A DNA stretch of 64,000 nucleotides from Nemertoderma westbladi. Taxonomy: Eukaryota; Animalia; Xenacoelomorpha. Numbering within the stretch: the stretch's first letter is position 1; every line of letters starts with the position of its first letter. Shown here one piece after another: positions 13,301 through 28,300 of this stretch. The DNA is taken from NCBI GenBank assembly GCA_032718475.1, contig JAUCBJ010003088.1, positions 8,473 to 72,472 of the forward strand. The letters are read 5' to 3'. A program made the position numbers and the translations under genes. Under the pieces are notes generated by a model that saw nothing but the letters and a program-made list of their open reading frames with translations, searched no databases and was not told the DNA's origin.

Positions 13301-16300
13301 TACTCCTATATGGAGTCCATCATACAGCAGTTAGAACCAGTACTCCTATATGGAGTCCATCATACAGCAGTTAGAACCAGTACTCCTATATGGAGTCCAT
13401 CATACAGAAGTTAGAACTAGTACTCCTATATGGAGTCCATCATACAGCAGTTAGAACCAGTACTCCTATATGGAGTCTATCATACAGCAGTTAGAACCAG
13501 TACTCCTATATGGAGTCCATCAATCATAAGTTAGAACCAGTACTCCTATATGGAGTCCATCATACAGCAGTTAGAACCAGTACTCCTATATGGAGTCCAT
13601 CATACAGCTGTTAGAACCAGTACTCCTATATGGAGTCCATCATACAGCAGTTAGAACCAGTACTCCTATATGGAGTCCATCATACAGCAGTTAGAACCAG
13701 TACTCCTATATGGAGTCCATCATACAGAAGTTAGAACTAGTACTCCTATATGGAGTCCATCATACAGCAGTTAGAACCAGTACTCCTATATGGAGTCTAT
13801 CATACAGCAGTTAGAACCAGTACTCCTATATGGAGTCCATCAATCATAAGTTAGAACCAGTACTCCTATAAGAAGTTAGAACTAGTACTCCTATATGGAG
13901 TCCATCATACAGCAGTTAGAACCAGTACTCCTATATGGAGTCCATCATACAGCCTATATGGAGTCCATCAATCAGAAGTTAGAACCAGTACTCCTATATG
14001 GAGTCCATCAATCAGAATCAGAAGTTAGAACCAGTACTCCTATATGGAGTCCATCATACAGCAGTTAGAACCAGTACTCCTATATGGAGTCCATCAATCA
14101 TAAGTTAGAACCAGTACTCCTATATGGAGTCCATCATACAGCAGTTAGAACCAGTACTCATATATGGAGTCCATCATACAGAAGTTAGAACCAGTACTCC
14201 TATATGGAGTCCATCATACAAAAGTTAGAACCAGTACTCCTATATGGAGTCCATCATACAGCAGTTAGAATCAGTACTCCTATATGGAGTCCATCATACA
14301 AAAGTTAGAACCAGTACTCCTATATGGAGTCCATCAATCATAAGTTAGAACCAGTACTCCTATATGGAGTCCATCAATCATAAGTTAGAACCAGTACTCC
14401 TATATGGAGTCCATCATACAGCAGTTAGAACCAGTACTCCTATATGGAGTCCATCATACAGAAGTTAGAACCAGTACTCCTATATGGAGTCCATCATACA
14501 GCAGTTAGAACCAGTACTCCTATATGGAGTCCATCAATCAGAAGTTAGAACCAGTACTCCTATATGGAGTCCATCATACAGCAGTTAGAACCAGTACTCC
14601 TATATGGAGTCCATCATACAGCTGTTAGAACCAGTACTCCTATATGGAGTCCATCATACAGCAGTTAGAACCAGTACTCCTATATGGAGTCCATCATACA
14701 GCAGTTAGAACCAGTACTCCTATATGGAGTCCATCATACAGAAGTTAGAACTAGTACTCCTATATGGAGTCCATCATACAGCAGTTAGAACCAGTACTCC
14801 TATATGGAGTCTATCATACAGCAGTTAGAACCAGTACTCCTATATGGAGTCCATCATACAGCTGTTAGAACCAGTACTCCTATATGGAGTCCATCATACA
14901 GCTGTTAGAACCAGTACTCCTATATGGAGTCCATCATACAGCAGTTAGAATCAGTACTCCTATATGGAGTCCATCATACAACTCCTATATGGAGTCCATC
15001 ATACAGCAGTTAGAATCAGTACTCCTATATGGAGTCCATCATACAGCAGTTAGAACCAGTACTCCTATATGGAGTCCATCATGCAGCAGTTAGAACCAGT
15101 ACTCCTATATGGAGTCCATCATACAGCAGTTAGAACCAGTACTCCTATATGGAGTCCATCATGCAGCAGTTAGAACCAGTACTCCTATATGGAGTCCATC
15201 ATACAGCAGTTAGAACCAGTACTCCTATATGGAGTCCATCATACAGCAGTTAGAATCAGTACTCCTATATGGAGTTCATCAATCAGCAGTTAGAACCAGT
15301 ACTCCTATATGGAGTCTATCAATCAGAAGTTAGAACCAGTACTCCTTTATGGAGTCCATCATACAGTAATTAGAACCAGTACTCCTCAATCAGCAGTTAG
15401 AACCAGTACTCCTTTATGGAGTCCATCAATCAGAAGTTAGAACCAGTACTCCTATATGGAGTCCATCATACAGCAGTTAGAACCAGTACTCCTATATGGA
15501 GTCCATCATACAGCAGTTAGAATCAGTACTCCTATATGGAGTTCATCAATCAGCAGTTAGAACCAGTATTCCTATATGGAGTCTATCAATCAGAAGTTAG
15601 AACCAGTACTCCTTTATGGAGTCCATCATACAGTAATTAGAACCAGTACTCCTCAATCAGCAGTTAGAACCAGTACTCATTTATGGAGTCCATCAATCAG
15701 AAGTTAGAACCAGTACTCCTATATGGAGTCCATCAATCAGAAGTTAGAACCAGTACTCCTATATGGAGTCCATCAATCAGAAGTTAGAACCAGTACTCCT
15801 ATATGGAGTCCATCATACAGCAGTTAGAACCAGTACTCCTATATGGAGTCCATCAATCAGAATCAGAAGTTAGAACCAGTACTCCTATATGGAGTCCATC
15901 ATACAGCAGTTAGAACAAGTACTCCTATATGGAGTCCATCATACAGCAGTTAGAACCAGTACTCCTATATGGAGTCCATCATACAGCAGTTAGAACCAGT
16001 ACTCCTATATGGAGTCCCATCATACAGCAGTTAGAACCAGTACTCCTATATGGAGCATTAATCAGCAGATAGAACCAGGAACCAGTACTCCTATATGGAT
16101 TCCATCATACAGAAGTTAGAACCAGTACTCCTATATGGAGTCCATCAATCAGAAGTTAGAACCAGTACTCCTATATGGATTCCATCAATCAGCAGTTAGA
16201 ACCAGTACTCCTATATGGAGTCCATCATACAGCAGTTAGAACCAGTACTCCTATATGGAGTCCATCATACAGCAGTTAGAACCAGTACTCCTATATGGAG

Positions 16301-19300
16301 TCCATCATACAGCAGTTAGACCCAGTACTCCTATATGGAGTCCATCAATCATAAGTTAGAACCAGTACTCCTATATGGAGTCCATCATACAGCAGTTAGA
16401 ACCAGTACTCCTATATGGAGTCCATCATACAGCAGTTAGAACCAGTACTCCTATATGGAGTCCATCATACAGCAGTTAGACCCAGTACTCCTATATGGAG
16501 TCCATCAATCATAAGTTAGAACCAGTACTCCTATATGGAGTCCATCATACAGCTGTTAGAACCAGTACTCCTATATGGAGTCCATCATACAGCAGTTAGA
16601 ACCAGTACTCCTATATGGAGTCCATCATACAGCAGTTAGAACCAGTACTCCTATATGGAGTCCATCATACAGAAGTTAGAACTAGTACTCCTATATGGAG
16701 TCCATCATACAGCAGTTAGAACCAGTACTCCTATATGGAGTCTATCATACAGCAGTTAGAACCAGTACTCCTATATGGAGTCCATCAATCATAAGTTAGA
16801 ACCAGTACTCCTATATGGAGTCCATCATACAGCAGTTAGAACCAGTACTCCTATATGGAGTCCATCATACAGCTGTTAGAACCAGTACTCCTATATGGAG
16901 TCCATCATACAGCTGTTAGAACCAGTACTCCTATATGGAGTCCATCATACAGCAGTTAGAACCAGTACTCCTATATGGAGCATCAATCAGCAGATAGAAC
17001 CAGGAACCAGTATTCCTATATGGATTCCATCATACAGCAGTTAGAATCAGTACTCATATATGGAGTCCATCATACAACTCCTATATGGAGTCCATCATAC
17101 AGCAGTTAGAATCAGTACTCCTATATGGAGTCCATCATACAGCAGTTAGAACCAGTACTCCTATATGGAGTCCATCATGCAGCAGTTAGAACCAGTACTC
17201 CTATATGGAGTCCATCATACAGCAGTTAGAATCAGTACTCCTATATGGAGTTCATCAATCAGCAGTTAGAACCAGTACTCCTATATGGAGTCTATCAATC
17301 AGAAGTTAGAACCAGTACTCCTTTATGGAGTCCATCATACAGTAATTAGAACCAGTACTCCTCAATCAGCAGTTAGAACCAGTACTCCTTTATGGAGTCC
17401 ATCAATCATAAGTTAGAACCAGTACTCCTATATGGAGTCCATCATACAGCAGTTAGAACCAGTACTCCTATATGGAGTCCATCATACAGCAGTTAGAATC
17501 AGTACTCCTATATGGAGTTCATCAATCAGCAGTTAGAACCAGTACTCCTATATGGAGTCTATCAATCAGAAGTTAGAACCAGTACTCCTTTATGGAGTCC
17601 ATCATACAGTAATTAGAACCAGTACTCCTCAATCAGCAATTAGAACCAGTACTCCTTTATGGAGTCCATCAATCAGAAGTTAGAACCAGTACTCCTATAT
17701 GGAGTCCATCAATCATAAGTTAGAACCAGTACTCCTATATGGAGTCCATCATACAGCAGTTAGAACCAGTACTCATATATGGAGTCCATCATACAGAAGT
17801 TAGAACCAGTACTCCTATATGGAGTCCATCATACAAAAGTTATAACCAGTACTCCTATATGGAGTCCATCATACAGCAGTTAGAATCAGTACTCCTATAT
17901 GGAGTCCATCATACAGCAGTTAGAATCAGTACTCCTATATGGAGTTCATCAATCAGCAGTTAGAACCAGTACTCCTATATGGAGTCTATCAATCAGAAGT
18001 TAGAACCAGTACTCCTTTATGGAGTCCATCATACAGTAATTAGAACCAGTACTCCTCAATCAGCAGTTAGAACCAGTACTCCTTTATGGAGTCCATCAAT
18101 CAGAAGTTAGAACCAGTACTCCTATATGGAGTCCATCATACAGCAGTTAGAACCAGTACTCCTATATGGAGTCCATCATACAGCAGTTAGAATCAGTACT
18201 CCTATATGGAGTTCATCAATCAGCAGTTAGAACCAGTACTCCTATATGGAGTCTATCAATCAGAAGTTAGAACCAGTACTCCTTTATGGAGTCCATCATA
18301 CAGTAATTAGAACCAGTACTCCTCAATCAGCAATTAGAACCAGTACTCCTTTATGGAGTCCATCAATCAGAAGTTAGAACCAGTACTCCTATATGGAGTC
18401 CATCAATCATAAGTTAGAACCAGTACTCCTATATGGAGTCCATCATACAGCAGTTAGAACCAGTACTCATATATGGAGTCCATCATACAGAAGTTAGAAC
18501 CAGTACTCCTATATGGAGTCCATCATACAAAAGTTAGAACCAGTACTCCTATATGGAGTCCATCATACAGCAGTTAGAATCAGTACTCCTATATGGAGTC
18601 CATCATACAAAAGTTAGAACCAGTACTCCTATATGGAGTCCATCAATCATAAGTTAGAACCAGTACTCCTATATGGAGTCCATCAATCATAAGTTAGAAC
18701 CAGTACTCCTATATGGAGTCCATCATACAGCAGTTAGAACCAGTACTCCTATATGGAGTCCATCATACAGAAGTTAGAACTAGTACTCCTATATGGAGTC
18801 CATCATACAGCAGTTAGAACCAGTACTCCTATATGGAGTCCATCATACAGCTGTTAGAACCAGTACTCCTATATGGAGTCCATCATACAGCTGTTAGAAC
18901 CAGTACTCCTATATGGAGTCCATCATACAGCAGTTAGAACCAGTACTCCTATATGGAGCATCAATCAGCAGATAGAACCAGGAACCAGTATTCCTATATG
19001 GATTCCATCATACAGCAGTTAGAATCAGTACTCCTATATGGAGTCCATCATACAACTCCTATATGGAGTCCATCATACAGCAGTTAGAATCAGTACTCCT
19101 ATATGGAGTCCATCATACAGCAGTTAGAACCAGTACTCCTATATGGAGTCCATCATGCAGCAGTTAGAACCAGTACTCCTATATGGAGTCCATCATACAG
19201 CAGTTAGAATCAGTATTCCTATATGGAGTTCATCAATCAGCAGTTAGAACCAGTACTCCTATATGGAGTCTATCAATCAGAAGTTAGAACCAGTACTCCT

Positions 19301-22300
19301 TTATGGAGTCCATCATACAGTAATTAGAACCAGTACTCCTCAATCAGCAGTTAGAACCAGTACTCCTTTATGGAGTCCATCAATCAGAAGTTAGAACCAG
19401 TACTCCTATATGGAGTCCATCATACAGCAGTTAGAACCAGTACTCCTATATGGAGTCCATCATACAGCAGTTAGAATCAGTACTCCTATATGGAGTTCAT
19501 CAATCAGCAGTTAGAACCAGTACTCCTATATGGAGTCTATCAATCAGAAGTTAGAACCAGTACTCCTTTATGGAGTCCATCATACAGTAATTAGAACCAG
19601 TACTCCTCAATCAGCAGTTAGAACCAGTACTCCTTTATGGAGTCCATCAATCAGAAGTTAGAACCAGTACTCCTATATGGAGTCCATCAATCATAAGTTA
19701 GAACCAGTACTCCTATATGGAGTCCATCATACAGCAGTTAGAACCAGTACTCATATATGGAGTCCATCATACAGAAGTTAGAACCAGTACTCCTATATTG
19801 AGTCCATCATACAAAAGTTAGAACCAGTACTCCTATATGGAGTCCATCATACAGCAGTTAGAATCAGTACTCCTATATGGAGTCCATCATACAGCAGTTA
19901 GAATCAGTACTCCTATATGGAGTTCATCAATCAGCAGTTAGAACCAGTACTCCTATATGGAGTCTATCAATCAGAAGTTAGAACCAGTACTCCTTTATGG
20001 AGTCCATCATACAGTAATTAGAACCAGTACTCCTCAATCAGCAGTTAGAACCAGTACTCCTTTATGGAGTCCATCAATCAGAAGTTAGAACCAGTACTCC
20101 TATATGGAGTCCATCATACAGCAGTTAGAACCAGTACTCCTATATGGAGTCCATCATACAGCAGTTAGAATCAGTACTCCTATATGGAGTTCATCAATCA
20201 GCAGTTAGAACCAGTACTCCTATATGGAGTCTATCAATCAGAAGTTAGAACCAGTACTCCTTTATGGAGTCCATCATACAGTAATTAGAACCAGTACTCC
20301 TCAATCAGCAGTTAGAACCAGTACTCCTTTATGGAGTCCATCAATCAGAAGTTAGAACCAGTACTCCTATATGGAGTCCATCAATCATAAGTTAGAACCA
20401 GTACTCCTATATGGAGTCCATCATACAGCAGTTAGAACCAGTACTCATATATGGAGTCCATCATACAGAAGTTAGAACCAGTACTCCTATATGGAGTCCA
20501 TCATACAAAAGTTAGAACCAGTACTCCTATATGGAGTCCATCATACAGCAGTTAGAATCAGTACTCCTATATGGAGTCCATCATACAAAAGTTAGAACCA
20601 GTACTCCTATATGGAGTCAATCAATCATAAGTTAGAACCAGTACTCCTATATGGAGTCCATCAATCATAAGTTAGAACCAGTACTCCTATATGGAGTCCA
20701 TCATACAGCAGTTAGAACCAGTACTCCTATATGGAGTCCATCATACAGAAGTTAGAACCAGTACTCCTATATGGAGTCCATCATACAGCAGTTAGAACCA
20801 GTACTCCTATATGGAGTCCATCAATCAGAAGTTAGAACCAGTAATCCTATATGGAGTCCATCATACAGCAGTTAGAACCAGTACTCCTATATGGAGTCCA
20901 TCATACAGCTGTTAGAACCAGTACTCCTATATGGAGTCCATCATACAGCAGTTAGAACCAGTACTCCTATATGGAGTCCATCATACAGCAGTTAGAACCA
21001 GTACTCCTATATGGAGTCCATCATACAGAAGTTAGAACTAGTACTCCTATATGGAGTCCATCATACAGCAGTTAGAACCAGTACTCCTATATGGAGTCTA
21101 TCATACAGCAGTTAGAACCAGTACTCCTATATGGAGTCCATCAATCATAAGTTAGAACCAGTACTCCTATATGGAGTCCTTCATACAGCAGTTAGAACCA
21201 GTACTCCTATATGGATTCCATCATACAACTCCTATATGGAGTCCATCATACAGCAGTTAGAATCAGTACTCCTATATGGAGTCCATCATACAGCAGTTAG
21301 AACCAGTACTCCTATATGGAGTCCATCATGCAGCAGTTAGAACCAGTACTCCTATATGGAGTCCATCATACAGCAGTTAGAACCAGTACTCCTATATGGA
21401 GTCCATCATACAGCAGTTAGAATCAGTACTCCTATATGGAGTTCATCAATCAGCAGTTAGAACCAGTACTCCTATATGGAGTCTATCAATCAGAAGTTAG
21501 AACCAGTACTACTTTATGGAGTCCATCATACAGTAATTAGAACCAGTACTCCTCAATCAGCAGTTAGAACCAGTACTCCTTTATGGAGTCCATCAATCAG
21601 AAGTTAGAACCAGTACTCCTATATGGAGTCCATCATACAGCAGTTAGAACCAGTACTCCTATATGGAGTCCATCATACAGCAGTTAGAATCAGTACTCCT
21701 ATATGGAGTTCATCAATCAGCAGTTAGAACCAGGAACCAGTATTCCTATATGGATTCCATCATACAGCAGTTAGAATCAGTACTCCTATATGGAGTCCAT
21801 CATACAACTCCTATATGGAGTCCATCATACAGCAGTTAGAATCAGTACTCCTATATGGAGTCCATCATACAGCAGTTAGAACCAGTACTCCTATATGGAG
21901 TCCATCATGCAGCAGTTAGAACCAGTACTCCTATATGGAGTCCATCATACAGCAGTTAGAACCAGTACTCCTATATGGAGTCCATCATACAGCAGTTAGA
22001 ATCAGTACTCCTATATGGAGTTCATCAATCAGCAGTTAGAACCAGTACTCCTATATGGAGTCTATCAATCAGAAGTTAGAACCAGTACTCCTTTATGGAG
22101 TCCATCATACAGTAATTAGAACCAGTACTCCTCAATCAGCAGTTAGAACCAGTACTCCTTTATGGAGTCCATCAATCAGAAGTTAGAACCAGTACTCCTA
22201 TATGGAGTCCATCATACAGCAGTTAGAACCAGTACTCCTATATGGAGTCCATCATACAGCAGTTAGAATCAGTACTCCTATATGGAGTTCATCAATCAGC

Positions 22301-25300
22301 AGTTAGAACCAGTACTCCTATATGGAGTCTATCAATCAGAAGTTAGAACCAGTACTCCTTTATGGAGTCCATCATACAGTAATTAGAACCAGTACTCCTC
22401 AATCAGCAGTTAGAACCAGTACTCCTTTATGGAGTCCATCAATCAGAAGTTAGAACCAGTACTCCTATATGGAGTCCATCAATCAGAAGTTAGAACCAGT
22501 ACTCCTATATGGAGTCCATCAATCAGAAGTTAGAACCAGTACTCCTATATGGAGTCCATCATACAGCAGTTAGAACCAGTACTCCTATATGGAGTCCATC
22601 AATCAGAATCAGAAGTTAGAACCAGTACTCCTATATGGAGTCCATCATACAGCAGTTAGAACAAGTACTCCTATATGGAGTCCATCATACAGCAGTTAGA
22701 ACCAGTACTCCTATATGGAGTCCATCATACAGCAGTTAGAACCAGTACTCCTATATGGAGTCCCATCATACAGCAGTTAGAACCAGTACTCCTATATGGA
22801 GTCCATCAATCAGCAGATAGAACCAGGAACCAGTACTCCTATATGGAGTCCATCATACAGCAGTTAGAACCAGTACTCCTATATGGAGTCCATCATATCA
22901 GAAGTTAGAACCAGTACTCCTATATGGAGTCCATCAATCAGCAGTTAGAACCAGTACTCCTATATGGAGTCCATCATACAGCAGTTAGAACCAGTACTCC
23001 TATATGGAGTCCATCATACAGCAGTTAGAACCAGTACTCCTATATGGAGTCCATCATACAGCAGTTAGACCCAGTACTCCTATATGGAGTCCATCAATCA
23101 TAAGTTAGAACCAGTACTCCTATATGGAGTCCATCATACAGCAGTTAGAACCAGTACTCCTATATGGAGTCCATCATACAGCAGTTAGAACCAGTACTCC
23201 TATATGGAGTCCATCATACAGCAGTTAGAACCAGTACTCCTATATGGAGTCCATCAATCATAAGTTAGAACCAGTACTCCTATATGGAGTCCATCATACA
23301 GCTGTTAGAACCAGTACTCCTATATGGAGTCCATCATACAGTAATTAGAACCAGTACTCCTCAATCAGCAGTTAGAACCAGTACTCCTTTATGGAGTCCA
23401 TCAATCAGAAGTTAGAACCAGTACTCCTATATGGAGTCCATCATACAGCAGTTAGAACCAGTACTCCTATATGGAGTCCATCATACAGCAGTTAGAACCA
23501 GTACTCCTATATGGAGTTCATCAATCAGCAGTTAGAACCAGGAACCAGTATTCCTATATGGATTCCATCATACAGCAGTTAGAATCAGTACTCCTATATG
23601 GAGTCCATCATACAACTCCTATATGGAGTCCATCATACAGCAGTTAGAATCAGTACTCCTATATGGAGTCCATCATACAGCAGTTAGAACCAGTACTCCT
23701 ATATGGAGTCCATCATGCAGCAGTTAGAACCAGTACTCCTATATGGAGTCCATCATACAGCAGTTAGAACCAGTACTCCTATATGGAGTCCATCATACAG
23801 CAGTTAGAATCAGTACTCCTATATGGAGTTCATCAATCAGCAGTTAGAACCAGTACTCCTATATGGAGTCTATCAATCAGAAGTTAGAACCAGTACTCCT
23901 TTATGGAGTCCATCATACAGTAATTAGAACCAGTACTCCTCAATCAGCAGTTAGAACCAGTACTCCTTTATGGAGTCCATCAATCAGAAGTTAGAACCAG
24001 TACTCCTATATGGAGTCCATCATACAGCAGTTAGAACCAGTACTCCTATATGGAGTCCATCATACAGCAGTTAGAATCAGTACTCCTATATGGAGTTCAT
24101 CAATCAGCAGTTAGAACCAGTACTCCTATATGGAGTCTATCAATCAGAAGTTAGAACCAGTACTCCTTTATGGAGTCCATCATACAGTAATTAGAACCAG
24201 TACTCCTCAATCAGCAGTTAGAACCAGTACTCCTTTATGGAGTCCATCAATCAGAAGTTAGAACCAGTACTCCTATATGGAGTCCATCAATCAGAAGTTA
24301 GAACCAGTACTCCTATATGGAGTCCATCAATCAGAAGTTAGAACCAGTACTCCTATATGGAGTCCATCATACAGCAGTTAGAACCAGTACTCCTATATGG
24401 AGTCCATCAATCAGAATCAGAAGTTAGAACCAGTACTCCTATATGGAGTCCATCATACAGCAGTTAGAACAAGTACTCCTATATGGAGTCCATCATACAG
24501 CAGTTAGAACCAGTACTCCTATATGGAGTCCATCATACAGCAGTTAGAACCAGTACTCCTATATGGAGTCCCATCATACAGCAGTTAGAACCAGTACTCC
24601 TATATGGAGCATCAATCAGCAGATAGAACCAGGAACCAGTACTCCTATATGGATTCCATCATACAGCAGTTAGAACCAGTACTCCTATATGGAGTCCATC
24701 AATCAGAAGTTAGAACCAGTACTCCTATATGGATTCCATCAATCAGCAGTTAGAACCAGTACTCCTATATGGAGTCCATCATACAGCAGTTAGAACCAGT
24801 ACTCCTATATGGAGTCCATCATACAGCAGTTAGAACCAGTACTCCTATATGGAGTCCATCATACAGCAGTTAGACCCAGTACTCCTATATGGAGTCCATC
24901 AATCATAAGTTAGAACCAGTACTCCTATATGGAGTCCATCATACAGCAGTTAGAACCAGTACTCCTATATGGAGTCCATCATACAGCAGTTAGAACCAGT
25001 ACTCCTATATGGAGTCCATCATACAGCAGTTAGACCCAGTACTCCTATATGGAGTCCATCAATCATAAGTTAGAACCAGTACTCCTATATGGAGTCCATC
25101 ATACAGCTGTTAGAACCAGTACTCCTATATGGAGTCCATCATACAGCAGTTAGAACCAGTACTCCTATATGGAGTCCATCATACAGCAGTTAGAACCAGT
25201 ACTCCTATATGGAGTCCATCATACAGAAGTTAGAACTAGTACTCCTATATGGAGTCCATCATACAGCAGTTAGAACCAGTACTCCTATATGGAGTCTATC

Positions 25301-28300
25301 ATACAGCAGTTAGAACCAGTACTCCTATATGGAGTCCATCAATCATAAGTTAGAACCAGTACTCCTATATGGAGTCCATCATACAGCAGTTAGAACCAGT
25401 ACTCCTATATGGAGTCCATCATACAGCTGTTAGAACCAGTACTCCTATATGGAGTCCATCATACAGCTGTTAGAACCAGTACTCCTATATGGAGTCCATC
25501 ATACAGCAGTTAGAACCAGTACTCCTATATGGAGCATCAATCAGCAGATAGAACCAGGAACCAGTATTCCTATATGGATTCCATCATACAGCAGTTAGAA
25601 TCAGTACTCCTATATGGAGTCCATCATACAACTCCTATATGGAGTCCATCATACAGCAGTTAGAATCAGTACTCCTATATGGAGTCCATCATACAGCAGT
25701 TAGAACCAGTACTCCTATATGGAGTCCATCATGCAGCAGTTAGAACCAGTACTCCTATATGGAGTCCATCATACAGCAGTTAGAACCAGTACTCCTATAT
25801 GGAGTCCATCATACAGCAGTTAGAATCAGTACTCCTATATGGAGTTCATCAATCAGCAGTTAGAACCAGTACTCCTATATGGAGTCTATCAATCAGAAGT
25901 TAGAACCAGTACTCCTTTATGGAGTCCATCATACAGTAATTAGAACCAGTACTCCTCAATCAGCAGTTAGAACCAGTACTCCTTTATGGAGTCCATCAAT
26001 CAGAAGTTAGAACCAGTACTCCTATATGGAGTCCATCATACAGCAGTTAGAACCAGTACTCCTATATGGAGTCCATCATACAGCAGTTAGAATCAGTACT
26101 CCTATATGGAGTTCATCAATCAGCAGTTAGAACCAGTACTCCTATATGGAGTCTATCAATCAGAAGTTAGAACCAGTACTCCTTTATGGAGTCCATCATA
26201 CAGTAATTAGAACCAGTACTCCTCAATCAGCAGTTAGAACCAGTACTCCTTTATGGAGTCCATCAATCAGAAGTTAGAACCAGTACTCCTATATGGAGTC
26301 CATCAATCAGAAGTTAGAACCAGTACTCCTATATGGAGTCCATCAATCAGAAGTTAGAACCAGTACTCCTATATGGAGTCCATCATACAGCAGTTAGAAC
26401 CAGTACTCCTATATGGAGTCCATCAATCAGAATCAGAAGTTAGAACCAGTACTCCTATATGGAGTCCATCATACAGCAGTTAGAACAAGTACTCCTATAT
26501 GGAGTCCATCATACAGCAGTTAGAACCAGTACTCCTATATGGAGTCCATCATACAGCAGTTAGAACCAGTACTCCTATATGGAGTCCCATCATACAGCAG
26601 TTAGAACCAGTACTCCTATATGGAGCATCAATCAGCAGATAGAACCAGGAACCAGTACTCCTATATGGATTCCATCATACAGCAGTTAGAACCAGTACTC
26701 CTATATGGAGTCCATCAATCAGAAGTTAGAACCAGTACTCCTATATGGATTCCATCAATCAGCAGTTAGAACCAGTACTCCTATATGGAGTCCATCATAC
26801 AGCAGTTAGAACCAGTACTCCTATATGGAGTCCATCATACAGCAGTTAGAACCAGTACTCCTATATGGAGTCCATCATACAGCAGTTAGACCCAGTACTC
26901 CTATATGGAGTCCATCAATCATAAGTTAGAACCAGTACTCCTATATGGAGTCCATCATACAGCAGTTAGAACCAGTACTCCTATATGGAGTCCATCATAC
27001 AGCAGTTAGAACCAGTACTCCTATATGGAGTCCATCATACAGCAGTTAGACCCAGTACTCCTATATGGAGTCCATCAATCATAAGTTAGAACCAGTACTC
27101 CTATATGGAGTCCATCATACAGCTGTTAGAACCAGTACTCCTATATGGAGTCCATCATACAGCAGTTAGAACCAGTACTCCTATATGGAGTCCATCATAC
27201 AGCAGTTAGAACCAGTACTCCTATATGGAGTCCATCATACAGAAGTTAGAACTAGTACTCCTATATGGAGTCCATCATACAGCAGTTAGAACCAGTACTC
27301 CTATATGGAGTCTATCATACAGCAGTTAGAACCAGTACTCCTATATGGAGTCCATCAATCATAAGTTAGAACCAGTACTCCTATATGGAGTCCATCATAC
27401 AGCAGTTAGAACCAGTACTCCTATATGGAGTCCATCATACAGCTGTTAGAACCAGTACTCCTATATGGAGTCCATCATACAGCTGTTAGAACCAGTACTC
27501 CTATATGGAGTCCATCATACAGCAGTTAGAACCAGTACTCCTATATGGAGCATCAATCAGTAGATAGAACCAGGAACCAGTATTCCTATATGGATTCCAT
27601 CATACAGCAGTTAGAATCAGTACTCCTATATGGAGTCCATCATACAACTCCTATATGGAGTCCATCATACAGCAGTTAGAATCAGTACTCCTATATGGAG
27701 TCCATCATACAGCAGTTAGAACCAGTACTCCTATATGGAGTCCACCATGCAGCAGTTAGAACCAGTACTCCTATATGGAGTCCATCATACAGCAGTTAGA
27801 ACCAGTACTCCTATATGGAGTCCATCATACAGCAGTTAGAATCAGTACTCCTATATGGAATTCATCAATCAGCAGTTAGAACCAGTACTCCTATATGGAG
27901 TCTATCAATCAGAAGTTAGAACCAGTACTCCTTTATGGAGTCCATCATACAGTAATTAGAACCAGTACTCCTCAATCAGCAGTTAGAACCAGTACTCCTT
28001 TATGGAGTCCATCAATCAGAAGTTAGAACCAGTACTCCTATATGGAGTCCATCATACAGCAGTTAGAACCAGTACTCCTATATGGAGTCCATCATACAGC
28101 AGTTAGAATCAGTACTCCTATATGGAGTTCATCAATCAGCAGTTAGAACCAGTACTCCTATATGGAGTCTATCAATCAGAAGTTAGAACCAGTACTCCTT
28201 TATGGAGTCCATCATACAGTAATTAGAACCAGTACTCCTCAATCAGCAGTTAGAACCAGTACTCCTTTATGGAGTCCATCAATCAGAAGTTAGAACCAGT